From: a virus
Taxonomy: Duplodnaviria > Caudoviricetes
IMG/VR virus record: IMGVR_UViG_3300028585_000055
Coordinates: 1 to 30,636 of that record
Reading direction: 5' to 3' (one strand)
DNA: 30,636 nt
In this document: one piece after another, positions 1-7,592 of the stretch
How positions within the stretch are numbered: the first letter of the stretch is position 1
Layout: the number at the start of each line of letters is the position of its first letter
Position numbers and translations under genes: made by a program
Notes under the pieces: generated by a model
The model's database searches: none
The model's input: only the letters and a program-made list of their open reading frames with translations
Told to the model about the DNA's origin: nothing

Positions 1-33
1 CATTTTCGTGCGCAGCCGTTGCGCGATCGTCAT
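1..33 (-). CDS. cI: 5' end of CI-like repressor (truncated by window edge)
   Basis: Minus strand from 33 reads ATG ACG ATC GCG CAA CGG CTG CGC ACG AAA ATG (MTIAQRLRTKM), a typical HTH_3 repressor N-terminus. It is divergent from cro. Only 11 codons are visible. Confidence 0.65.
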   Translation of the reverse strand, partial: MTIAQRLRTKM

Positions 34-70
34 AGCTTCGACCCGGCGTATTAAAGGAGGGCGAAGTGTA

Positions 71-99
71 TTGCCTGTGCTAATTCGGTAGCGTATTAT
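71..99 (+). promoter_or_regulatory. PR-like sigma70 promoter for cro/early right operon
   Basis: TTGCCT (71-76), 17 bp spacer, TATTAT (94-99), upstream of the cro ATG at 133. Confidence 0.7.
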
Positions 100-123
100 C
101 ATGGCTAATTACAAACCGCATTG
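81..123. promoter_or_regulatory. Putative OR operators (two 18-bp imperfect palindromes)
   Basis: TAATTCGGTAGCGTATTA (81-98) and TAATTACAAACCGCATTG (106-123) share TAAT-N10-ATT(A/G). They overlap the PR -10 and the transcript start region. Confidence 0.55.
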
Positions 124-132
124 GTGGACCAG

Positions 133-324
133 ATGACCATCGCACAGATGTTGGCCGATTTGGCTGATCAAGGCTGGAGCCAGGCCCGCATTGCAGAACA
201 GTGCGGGACCACCCAACCAACGATATTTCGAATTACGAAGGGTGGTGACACCCGGTACGAAGTAGGCAAGGCAATCGAAGCGCTTCACCGGAAAGTTACC
301 AGAGCGAAGCGTAAAGCCGCTTAA
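133..324 (+). CDS. cro: Cro-like HTH repressor
   Basis: 63 aa from ATG 133; HTH motif WSQARIAEQCGTTQPTIFRITKG; first gene divergent from cI. Confidence 0.85.
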   Translation: MTIAQMLADLADQGWSQARIAEQCGTTQPTIFRITKGGDTRYEVGKAIEALHRKVTRAKRKAA

Positions 325-356
325 CCCATTCCTTATAACCCCAGGAGCAGCAACAC

Positions 357-545
357 ATGTACGCCAACCCAAAACATCTACACGACCGAGAGATCAAGGT
401 CCGCGTCGACGAAGACACGTTCGACCTGATCCAGGCGCTGGCGAAATACCACCGCACTCAGCGTGCGGTGCTTTGCCGAGAACTACTCGAAGCCCAACTG
501 GCGGCACTGGTTGCTGATGATACCGCTGAGATCGATGTGGCCTGA
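357..545 (+). CDS. Small regulator in cII position, ribbon-helix-helix-like
   Basis: SD AGGAG; strand-helix-helix pattern EIKVRVDEDTFDLIQALAKYHRTQRAVLCRELLEAQL. Confidence 0.65.
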   Translation: MYANPKHLHDREIKVRVDEDTFDLIQALAKYHRTQRAVLCRELLEAQLAALVADDTAEIDVA

Positions 546-563
546 AGGCCCTGAGGAGGCTTT

Positions 564-743
564 ATGCCTATCGAAGAGGTGACGCTAGGCCGGCGATACA
601 TGGACCGGCTTCAGCTTGAGGCGGAGCGCCGGGGCATGACTCTGGAGGATCTCGCCGCAGAGCTGATGAACAAGGAACTGGCAGAGCGTACGAAGCTGCC
701 AGTTTCTCGCGGAACGGTAGCTTCGTTTCGCAGAAAGGCCTGA
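564..743 (+). CDS. 59-aa RHH-like hypothetical regulator (missing from ORF track)
   Basis: Strong SD GAGGAGG, ATG 564, TGA 741-743; MPIEEVTLGRRYMDRLQLEAERRGMTLEDLAAELMNKELAERTKLPVSRGTVASFRRKA. Confidence 0.7.
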   Translation: MPIEEVTLGRRYMDRLQLEAERRGMTLEDLAAELMNKELAERTKLPVSRGTVASFRRKA

Positions 744-774
744 ACAGGCCCTGAAAAGTCCGAATCACAGACAC

Positions 775-800
775 AAAAAAGCCACCGTACGAGGGTGGCT
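775..800 (-). terminator. Leftward intrinsic terminator (oop/tO-like)
   Basis: AAAAAAGCCACC-GTACGAG-GGTGGCT: a 7-bp stem followed by a U-tract when read on the minus strand. Confidence 0.7.
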
Positions 801-827
801 AATTCGCTGAAGCAGTTGACGAGGAAG

Positions 828-856
828 ATTATGACCACAGTAGTTTCAATTGACAA
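828..856 (-). promoter_or_regulatory. Leftward pO/oop-like promoter overlapping the start of the initiator gene
   Basis: Minus strand TTGTCA (856-851), 17 bp spacer, CATAAT (833-828); points at the terminator at 775-800. Confidence 0.65.
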
Positions 857-1652
857 GTCCAGGGGGTTCACCCGTATGGACAACGAAGTGCTTGAGGCCC
901 TCATAGGGGCCGATCTGTCTGCCCGGGAGTACAAGGTTGCCTTGGCTGTGCATCGCCTCACAGCGGGCTACAACACGCCTTCCGTGAAGGTAGCTGCGCT
1001 GTATCTCTCGAAGATGATGTATAGCGACGACGCGAAGGCTGAGGCTGAGCGTGCCAACGTATCCCGGGCAGTCAATTCTCTGATCCGTCAGCGTGTACTT
1101 TTCCGTGCTGGTGGTAGCCGCGACCCTATCGGTTTTGCCCCGGTTTCTGAGTGGAAAATCGACGCTAAATCCACTGTGTTGAAATCTACACAGAGTGTAG
1201 AAAAACACACTGCCACTGTGTTGGAAATTACACACATAAAAGAAAGAAATACAAATACCAATGCTTACGCATTGGAAGTCGACGCAGCCGCTTCGACCCC
1301 CACCCCGAATCCAGTTTCTGCTCAACCAGCCAAAACCGAATCCGCCGACAAGATTCCCTACGAGCAAATCCGCGCCCTGTACAACCAGATCCTTGGTGGC
1401 AAGCTCTCCCGCCGCATGGGTCTGAGCGAATCCGACCGCAAGCGTATCCGCGGCGCCTACAACCTGAAGCTCGAGGGTGAGTTCATCGTCCGCCAGCAAG
1501 GCCTGGTGTTCTGGGAAGGCCTGTTCAACGACGCCCTGAACTCCGATTTCCTGCTCGGGCTGAATGGCCGCGGTTGGCGTGCAGACTTCGAATTTATGAC
1601 TCGCGCTTCGTCCATCCAGAAATTCCTGGAGGGCAAATACGATGCTGCCTGA
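831..1652 (+). CDS. Replication initiator, lambda O-like
   Basis: SD GAGGA then ATG 831. N-terminus GFTRMDNEVLEAL..ADLSAREYKVALAVHRLTAGYN is Phage_rep_O-like; C-terminus GWRADFEF..KFLEGKY. Contains internal iterons and lies directly upstream of DnaB. Confidence 0.85.
   Translation: MTTVVSIDKSRGFTRMDNEVLEALIGADLSAREYKVALAVHRLTAGYNTPSVKVAALYLSKMMYSDDAKAEAERANVSRAVNSLIRQRVLFRAGGSRDPIGFAPVSEWKIDAKSTVLKSTQSVEKHTATVLEITHIKERNTNTNAYALEVDAAASTPTPNPVSAQPAKTESADKIPYEQIRALYNQILGGKLSRRMGLSESDRKRIRGAYNLKLEGEFIVRQQGLVFWEGLFNDALNSDFLLGLNGRGWRADFEFMTRASSIQKFLEGKYDAA
1175..1262. repeat. Replication origin: three 18-bp palindromic iterons plus A-rich tract
   Basis: TGTGTTGAAATCTACACA (1175-1192), AGTGTAGAAAAACACACT (1194-1211) and TGTGTTGGAAATTACACA (1217-1234), then CATAAAAGAAAGAAATACAAATACCAAT. 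All lie within the O-like gene, as in lambda ori. Confidence 0.8.
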
Positions 1653-3036
1653 GCGCCCGCTGTTCTCCATGGAAGCCGAGCACGGCGTGCTGGGGGCCCT
1701 GATGCACAGCCCCGAGCACTGCGAAACCATAGGCTCTCGCCTGGATGCCGCCCACTTCTACCACGAAGACCACGCCGTCCTGTACGCAATGATCCTTGGG
1801 TGCCATGCCAAAAAGATCCGGCCCGACTCGGTGGCCCTGTCAGAAATCCGCACTGAGTTGCCCTCAGGCGAGCTGACCATCGTGTATGCGTCCGAGATCA
1901 TGCGCAACGTGCCCGGCTCAGCCAACATCCGGTTTTATGCGAAGACCGTGGAGCAGCGCTACCACGCTCGCAAGCTGTACCAGGCGGGTGAGCGTCTGAT
2001 GGAGCTGGCCCTTTCCAAGGGCGAGCTGGCCGAGCAGGTTTCCGAGGCACAAGGGGCCGTCATGGCGCTAGGGAACCGCAGCGAAACGCCTGACGTGCTG
2101 ACCATGAAGGAGGCCTTGGGCCCTGTCTTCGAGGAAATGCAGGACCGCCTGGATGGCAAGACCTTCAACGGGCAGGAGTTCGGGCTTGAGGCGCTGGATA
2201 AGATCGTCCAGAAGCTGCGCCCAGGTAACCTGGTCATCATTGCCGGCCGCCCTGGCACCGGTAAAACCGTGCTTGGAATGAACCTGGCCGACCGCGTGGG
2301 CATTCGTCGCAAGGGCGCCGCGCTAGTGTTTTCGCTGGAAATGGCGATCAAGGAACTGGCCAAGCGTTCGCTGGCCTCTGAGTCTGGTGTCCGCCAAGAC
2401 TGGATTGAATCTGGTGCCGCCGCACGCAACCCCGAAGCTCGCCTGAAGATGGAGTCCGCGGTGTCCCGTCTGAGCACCGCTGATATCCGCATCTGCGACA
2501 AGCCCGGCCTGACCTTCAACCGGATCTGCAGCATTGCCCGTTTCCAGCACCGCGCCAAGCCGCTGGACCTGATTGTCGTGGATTATCTGGGCCTGATTGC
2601 TTCCGACCCCAGCAGCAAGATTCAGAACCGGAACTTGGAGCTTGGCTCGTACACCCGCGGTTTCAAGGCCTTGGCCAAGGAATTGGGGATTCCCGTGGTG
2701 GTGCTGGCTCAGCTCAACCGCGGCATCGAGAGCCGTACCGACCCCAAGCCCAAGATGAGCGACCTGCGCGACTCCGGCGAAATCGAGCAGGACGCGGACG
2801 TGATCATCATGGCCCACAGGGACAAGGATTCCGAGCGCGGCCAGAACGGCATCACCGAGGTTGACGTGGTGAAGGTCCGTCATGCCAAGCCGGACGGCTG
2901 CCTGCTCCAGTTCCAGGGTGAGTTCGCTCGGTTCGTCAATGCCGCCTACCAGAGCGAAGCACCGCAGGAGCCGCAGCAGGATCGTCCCCGCAAGGCGTCC
3001 GTGCGCTCAATGTTCAACCCGCGGGATGCCAAATGA
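1642..3036 (+). CDS. dnaB: Replicative DNA helicase, DnaB family
   Basis: EAEHGVLGALM N-domain, Walker A AGRPGTGKT, FSLEM, IVVDYLGL, LAQLNR, SDLRDSGEIEQDADVI. Confidence 0.95.
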   Translation: MLPERPLFSMEAEHGVLGALMHSPEHCETIGSRLDAAHFYHEDHAVLYAMILGCHAKKIRPDSVALSEIRTELPSGELTIVYASEIMRNVPGSANIRFYAKTVEQRYHARKLYQAGERLMELALSKGELAEQVSEAQGAVMALGNRSETPDVLTMKEALGPVFEEMQDRLDGKTFNGQEFGLEALDKIVQKLRPGNLVIIAGRPGTGKTVLGMNLADRVGIRRKGAALVFSLEMAIKELAKRSLASESGVRQDWIESGAAARNPEARLKMESAVSRLSTADIRICDKPGLTFNRICSIARFQHRAKPLDLIVVDYLGLIASDPSSKIQNRNLELGSYTRGFKALAKELGIPVVVLAQLNRGIESRTDPKPKMSDLRDSGEIEQDADVIIMAHRDKDSERGQNGITEVDVVKVRHAKPDGCLLQFQGEFARFVNAAYQSEAPQEPQQDRPRKASVRSMFNPRDAK

Positions 3037-3674
3037 TGAATCAGACGGTCTTCGAGCGGGATGGCTACTTGATGCGTTCGTATTCGGAAACGCGCTGGGC
3101 AGACATGCTGGACGCCTTACATATCGGCTGGCTTTACGAACCAAGCCTGGTGACTACTCGCCATGGAGCATACCTGCCTGACTTCTACCTGCCGATGGTG
3201 GGCATGTATGTCGAGGTAAAAGGCCCTTCGCCTACCCAGGTGGAGCGGGAGAAGGCGCTGGACGCAAGCATTGCCACAGGGGCGCCGGTGATCATCGCCT
3301 ATGGGGACATGCACATGTCCTACCCCGGCGTGGGCGGCGCACGGCTTGTCTCTTTCGCCGGTCCCCGGGACGTTAGCTACAGCATGTTTGAGCTGCACAA
3401 AATCATCCGTGAAGGCCTGGGCGATAGCGCCTACAAGGCCTACCTCCGCGCAGGCAACAAGCAGACGTATACGGGCTGCATGCACGGCGGCGAGATTCTG
3501 CAGGACACGTTCATCAACTCCATGGAGCGAAGCACGCGGGAGCGTCACCTGGCGAGTGTGAGCCGTGGGCTGAACGCCAGAAAGCTGGCCCAGCCGAGAC
3601 AGATGAGCAAGGCGGAATGGGGCCTGTCCCAGGTCGCCGCCCGCATCGCCAAAGCACAGAGGGCAGCAGCATGA
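3033..3674 (+). CDS. PD-(D/E)XK nuclease-like protein
   Basis: RSYSETRWA..LD...W.YEP...YLPDFYLP....YVEVKG motif. Confidence 0.7.
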   Translation: MMNQTVFERDGYLMRSYSETRWADMLDALHIGWLYEPSLVTTRHGAYLPDFYLPMVGMYVEVKGPSPTQVEREKALDASIATGAPVIIAYGDMHMSYPGVGGARLVSFAGPRDVSYSMFELHKIIREGLGDSAYKAYLRAGNKQTYTGCMHGGEILQDTFINSMERSTRERHLASVSRGLNARKLAQPRQMSKAEWGLSQVAARIAKAQRAAA

Positions 3675-4357
3675 CCGACCTACACGAAATGAAGCAGGCC
3701 GCCGAGGCTGGCAAGTGGGAAGAGCTGAAGCGCGACGCCGAAGCAGCGCTTAAGTGGTCCGACATCGACGATTTCATGGATGTGCAACCGGCCAAAGTTC
3801 TGGAGCTGATCGCCGATAACGAGCGGCTGAAGGCTGGATTTAGTGAGCCTGTGCGGTTGTTCTTGGATGCCGCTGAGCAAGCATGCGCGGCACAGCGTGA
3901 ACGCGACCAGCTCAAGGCCGAAAACGATCGTTTGAAGGCCGACGCGAAGTTGTTCATGGATTCAGATCTTGTGTGGCAAGGCGCACGCGAGGCAGAGGCG
4001 GAGATTATCCAGCTCAAGGCCGAGAACGAAGCCCTGCGCCGGATCATCAGCGAGTCTGCCTCAGCCTGCGGTGCTGCCGTGTCGGGTGAGTGCAGCCTGG
4101 GGTTTATGCAGAACCTGCCAGGCGAGATCGCTTCGGTGATCAGAACGCTGCGCAAGGATGCTGAGCTAAATGCCCAGCTTCAGCGTGCATCTGAAGAGCT
4201 GCCCGGGGCCTGGAGTATCGAGGTCTGTGTGGAGCGCGGGTCCGGCTGGGTAGACGTGTTCGATGATGACGGCGCCAAGGTTGAATTTGATGGCGAGGGA
4301 TCATTCGCAAACCGGGTTTCCGACGCGATTGAACTGGCCAAGGAGAGCTTCCAATGA
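3671..4357 (+). CDS. Ead/Ea22-like coiled-coil accessory protein
   Basis: ATGA overlap with the upstream stop; ELKRDAEAA..PAKVLELIADNERL and repeated QLKAEN(D/E) coiled-coil segments. Confidence 0.6.
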   Translation: MTDLHEMKQAAEAGKWEELKRDAEAALKWSDIDDFMDVQPAKVLELIADNERLKAGFSEPVRLFLDAAEQACAAQRERDQLKAENDRLKADAKLFMDSDLVWQGAREAEAEIIQLKAENEALRRIISESASACGAAVSGECSLGFMQNLPGEIASVIRTLRKDAELNAQLQRASEELPGAWSIEVCVERGSGWVDVFDDDGAKVEFDGEGSFANRVSDAIELAKESFQ

Positions 4358-4560
4358 CCGCCCAAGCTGAAAAGCCGGTGTATTGCTCGTTTTGCGCCAA
4401 AAGCCAGCACGAATTGGAAGGGGCGATGATTCAGGGATTCGACGTTGCGATCTGCCAGGGGTGCGTACAGGTCTGCGTGGGCATCATATTCGACCATTCG
4501 GCAAATAGGACTAAAGCGGCCCCTGCCGTGGACGCCGAGCAGGAGACCAGCCATGACTGA
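4354..4560 (+). CDS. Stand-alone ClpX C4-type zinc-finger protein
   Basis: YCSFCAKSQHE...MIQGFDVAICQGCVQVCVGII matches the ClpX N-domain pattern CSFCGKSQ.EV..LIAG..V.IC.ECV..C..II; 68 aa, no ATPase domain. Confidence 0.8.
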   Translation: MTAQAEKPVYCSFCAKSQHELEGAMIQGFDVAICQGCVQVCVGIIFDHSANRTKAAPAVDAEQETSHD

Positions 4561-4774
4561 CTCCATCCGAGCCGAATTCAACACCTGGTGGGACCGCCAG
4601 CCCTTCAACGCCCAGTTCGAAGACGTGAAGCAGCAGATGGAAAACGTCTGGGTGGCGAGTAGGGAGGGGTGTGTGGTGGAGCTGCCAGCCGATGTAAGCC
4701 TGCGCCAGCCTGCCGAGGTTCGCGACATCTGCGCTCAACGGATCAAAAACGCCGGGCTGGGGGTGAAGTCATGA
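4553..4774 (+). CDS. Hypothetical phage protein
   Basis: SD AGGAG, ATG 4553; MTDSIRAEFNTWW...WVASREGCVVELP...IKNAGLGVKS is a typical small nin-region ORF. Confidence 0.65.
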   Translation: MTDSIRAEFNTWWDRQPFNAQFEDVKQQMENVWVASREGCVVELPADVSLRQPAEVRDICAQRIKNAGLGVKS

Positions 4775-4965
4775 CCAACGTGAACTTAGGGGGCCAGGAA
4801 ATCAAGTTGATCCGGTCCGATATGTTGCCGGCCAGAACAATGGTTGTCAGCCCTGATCTTTACGACCTGCTGGCCGACGATGGGCGTGCGGCCAAGAAAG
4901 CCCACGAAGAAACCATGGAGCGGATCAAGGCATTCGATGCGTTGGTAAAGGGGCTGAAGCCATGA
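4771..4965 (+). CDS. Hypothetical protein
   Basis: ATGA overlaps at both ends (MTNVNLGGQEIKLIRS...). Confidence 0.6.
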   Translation: MTNVNLGGQEIKLIRSDMLPARTMVVSPDLYDLLADDGRAAKKAHEETMERIKAFDALVKGLKP

Positions 4966-5429
4966 CCAACGTCATTCACAAGCCCCGTCACTTCTGGTCA
5001 GCAGGCTCCGCCCGCATTCGCGACGTTTTCCGCCTGGCCTACCTGTTCGCTACTGAGCTTTCAGCCGAAGGCGCGGTGGAGATCATCGTACGCCCGGTCA
5101 AGAGCCGCCGCACCCTGGAGCAGAACGCCAAGCTCTGGGCCATGTTGGGCGACATCTCCCGGCAGGTGCAATGGCCGGTCAACGGCGTCATGCAGTACCT
5201 CGACAGCGAAGACTGGAAGGCCCTGATGACGGCGGCCGCGCACCAAGAAATTCGAATGGCTCAGGGCCTCAATGGGGGCGTGGTCATGCTGGGTCGCAGC
5301 ACCAAGCGCATGACCGTTGCCGAGCTGGGGGACGTGATCGAGTGCATGTATGCGTTCGGTGAGGAAAAGGGCGTGCGCTGGAGCGAGCCGAAGGGGCAGA
5401 TGCCCGAGAAGTGGGAGCAGGCGGCATGA
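4962..5429 (+). CDS. ninB: NinB/Orf recombination protein
   Basis: RRTLEQNAKLWAMLGDISRQVQW...DWKALM...GRSTKRMTVAELGDVIECMYAFG...VRWSE. Confidence 0.9.
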   Translation: MTNVIHKPRHFWSAGSARIRDVFRLAYLFATELSAEGAVEIIVRPVKSRRTLEQNAKLWAMLGDISRQVQWPVNGVMQYLDSEDWKALMTAAAHQEIRMAQGLNGGVVMLGRSTKRMTVAELGDVIECMYAFGEEKGVRWSEPKGQMPEKWEQAA

Positions 5430-6130
5430 GCGCTAAGGCTAAATCCTTCGACCCGCTCGTTCGAGGTGACGGCATGCGGTTCACGTCAAAGCGCACTGGC
5501 CAGCACACCAAAGGGTCAGAAATTGGGCGGCGCCAAGGACTGTTGGCGGTTATAGAGCGCCTGCCAGGCAGCAAATACCGCTGTAAGTGTGACTGTGGAG
5601 GCGAGCGCGTTGTAAGTGTCGGCCATTTCAACGCTGGCACTGCGAAGTGCTGCGGATGCCGTGTCGTGCGCCATGGACACGCTGCCCCAGGCAGCAGGCG
5701 CACCCGCGAATACACCAGCTACAACAACATGCTCGCGCGGTGCCACAACCCTGCGAACAAGCGCTACAAGGACTACGGAGCCAAGGGAATCGAGGTTTGT
5801 AAGCGTTGGCGCGAAGGCTTCATCAACTTTTTGGAAGATATGGGCCGTTGCCCGGCAGGCTTTCAAATTGACCGAATCGACAACACCCTCGGCTACTTCC
5901 CCGAGAACTGCCGGTGGGTCAGCCCGCGTTCAAACATGGCTAACCGCAGCGTTACCAAGGTATGGGTCATTCATGGACAGCGCTTCCTAAGCACCCTTGA
6001 AGCTTCCGATGCTTTGGGCCTTCACCCATCAGTGATAAGAGCTCGGTGCTCTGGCAGGACCGCAGCGGGCCGTTATTACCCGCCACTTCCAGGTTATTCG
6101 GTCGAGCCGTTCTACGGGGACGCCGCATGA
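5426..6130 (+). CDS. HNH (homing-type) endonuclease
   Basis: CKCDCG...CCGC, YNNMLARC.NP...Y.DYG..GI.VC.RW...F..F..DMG..P....IDRIDN..GY.PENCRW, and a C-terminal HTH-like ST.EAS.ALGL. Confidence 0.8.
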   Translation: MSAKAKSFDPLVRGDGMRFTSKRTGQHTKGSEIGRRQGLLAVIERLPGSKYRCKCDCGGERVVSVGHFNAGTAKCCGCRVVRHGHAAPGSRRTREYTSYNNMLARCHNPANKRYKDYGAKGIEVCKRWREGFINFLEDMGRCPAGFQIDRIDNTLGYFPENCRWVSPRSNMANRSVTKVWVIHGQRFLSTLEASDALGLHPSVIRARCSGRTAAGRYYPPLPGYSVEPFYGDAA

Positions 6131-6444
6131 AAGGACGCACCCGCACAGCAGCCGAAAAGCACCTCCACGACCGTCTGGCCTCAGAGGTCGGCTGCATCGC
6201 GTGCCGCGCGGATGGCATCCGCAACCTGCACGTCAGCATCCATCACATTAACGGGCGCACCAAGCCGGGCGCCCATAGCGAAGTCCTGCCGCTCTGCGCA
6301 GGCCACCACCAAGACGGTACAGGCGCGCCGGGTTTGATTGCAGTTCACCCGTGGAAGCGACGTTTCGAAGCCCGTTACGGAAGTCAGGCGCAGCTGCTTG
6401 AAGACTGCCTAGAGATCCTGGCTGAGCGGGAAGCCCACGTATGA
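6127..6444 (+). CDS. Ref-like zinc/HNH-type nuclease
   Basis: GCIACR...SIHHINGRT...VLPLCAGHHQ..AVH...FEARYGSQAQLL; ATGA-coupled start. Confidence 0.7.
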   Translation: MKGRTRTAAEKHLHDRLASEVGCIACRADGIRNLHVSIHHINGRTKPGAHSEVLPLCAGHHQDGTGAPGLIAVHPWKRRFEARYGSQAQLLEDCLEILAEREAHV

Positions 6445-7592
6445 ACTCAACCAAGGAGACCTTTATGATTTCGCTCGCGATGTGGAATTTAACGATACCT
6501 GCCGGCGCCTCGGTCATTCCGACCAAGGTGCTCAATTCCGGCTATCAAGATCCGTTCTTCCAGCGGCAGGCCGACGGCTCGATCACGTTCATCGCCCCCT
6601 CAAATGGCGTGAACATCAAGTCCACCAAGAACAGCACGTACCCGCGCTCAGAGCTGCGCGAGACGCTGACCAATGGCGACGACAAGGAAGCGAACTGGAA
6701 GCCCGCCAGCGCAGAGATGCACAGCCTGGAAGCCGAGCTGGCGGTTCAGGAGCTGCCCAAGTCGAAGAAGGCGATCATCGGCCAGATCCACGGAGAGACG
6801 GATCACCCGCCGCTGAAGATCCAGATCACCGACACCACGATCTATGCCCAGCTGCGCCGCAAGCTCGACGGTGAAGAAGACAAGCCGGTATTGCTCAAGG
6901 GCTACACCCTGGGCCAGTTCTTCACCTACCGCTTCGAGATCAGCAAGGACGGCAAGGCCAAGTTCTTCATCAACGGCAAGCAGGTCGTGAACGACACCCT
7001 GCCAGCCGACGGCTACCAGTTCGACATGGCGTCCTATGCCAAGGACACCTGGTACTTCAAGGCCGGGATCTACAGCCAGGAGAAGGTTGGCGGCACCGGT
7101 ACCGGCCGGGCGACGTTCAAGTCGCTGGTGGCGTACCACGGTCCAGTAAAAGCCGCGGCCGAACCTGTACCCACCTCTCCAGTGCCCGCCCCAGCCGAGC
7201 AGCCAGCATCCACCACCCCCGCTGCGCGCACCCTGACCACCCTGACCAATGAGGTCGCCCAGCTGGTGGACAGGTTCAAGGCTGGCACCCTAAGTGCCCA
7301 GGACGCAGGGAAGTCCATCCAGGACCTGAAGCTCGAAGCCGACAAAGCCTTCCCCAAGGGCGCCGAGCGTAGCGCGTTCTACGACCTGGTAGCGGACGCC
7401 AAGGCAGTCGTGAAGGGTCAGGCAGCGCCAGAAGCGCCTGTAACGACGCCAGAGCCGCCGAAGGCCGAAAACCCAGGCGCAGATATCAAAGACGTGCTGT
7501 CGCGCATGGAGGACGTGCTGGACGACCTTCCAGAAGCCTCGGTCGCCAAGCTGCGTGAGCTGATCGACGAAGCGAGGAAGCTGGCGGCATGA
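6441..7592 (+). CDS. Polysaccharide lyase family 7 (alginate lyase) with C-terminal extension
   Basis: All three PL7 motifs are present (YPRSELRE, IIGQIH, YFKAGIYSQ), plus N-terminal WNLTIP as in P. aeruginosa PA1167. Alternative start ATG 6465 with SD AAGGAG. Confidence 0.9.
   Translation: MNSTKETFMISLAMWNLTIPAGASVIPTKVLNSGYQDPFFQRQADGSITFIAPSNGVNIKSTKNSTYPRSELRETLTNGDDKEANWKPASAEMHSLEAELAVQELPKSKKAIIGQIHGETDHPPLKIQITDTTIYAQLRRKLDGEEDKPVLLKGYTLGQFFTYRFEISKDGKAKFFINGKQVVNDTLPADGYQFDMASYAKDTWYFKAGIYSQEKVGGTGTGRATFKSLVAYHGPVKAAAEPVPTSPVPAPAEQPASTTPAARTLTTLTNEVAQLVDRFKAGTLSAQDAGKSIQDLKLEADKAFPKGAERSAFYDLVADAKAVVKGQAAPEAPVTTPEPPKAENPGADIKDVLSRMEDVLDDLPEASVAKLRELIDEARKLAA

Noticed and set aside
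795-830. Upstream starts in the ORF track (795; likewise 3617, 5411, 6046, 12589, 21448, 22135, 27581)
   Set aside because: Downstream ATGs have SD sequences or ATGA coupling and match family N-termini; the extensions run through terminators or neighbouring genes.
1175-1234. Short repeats resembling a mini CRISPR array
   Set aside because: No spacers and no cas genes; they lie inside the O-like gene next to an A-rich tract and are explained as iterons.
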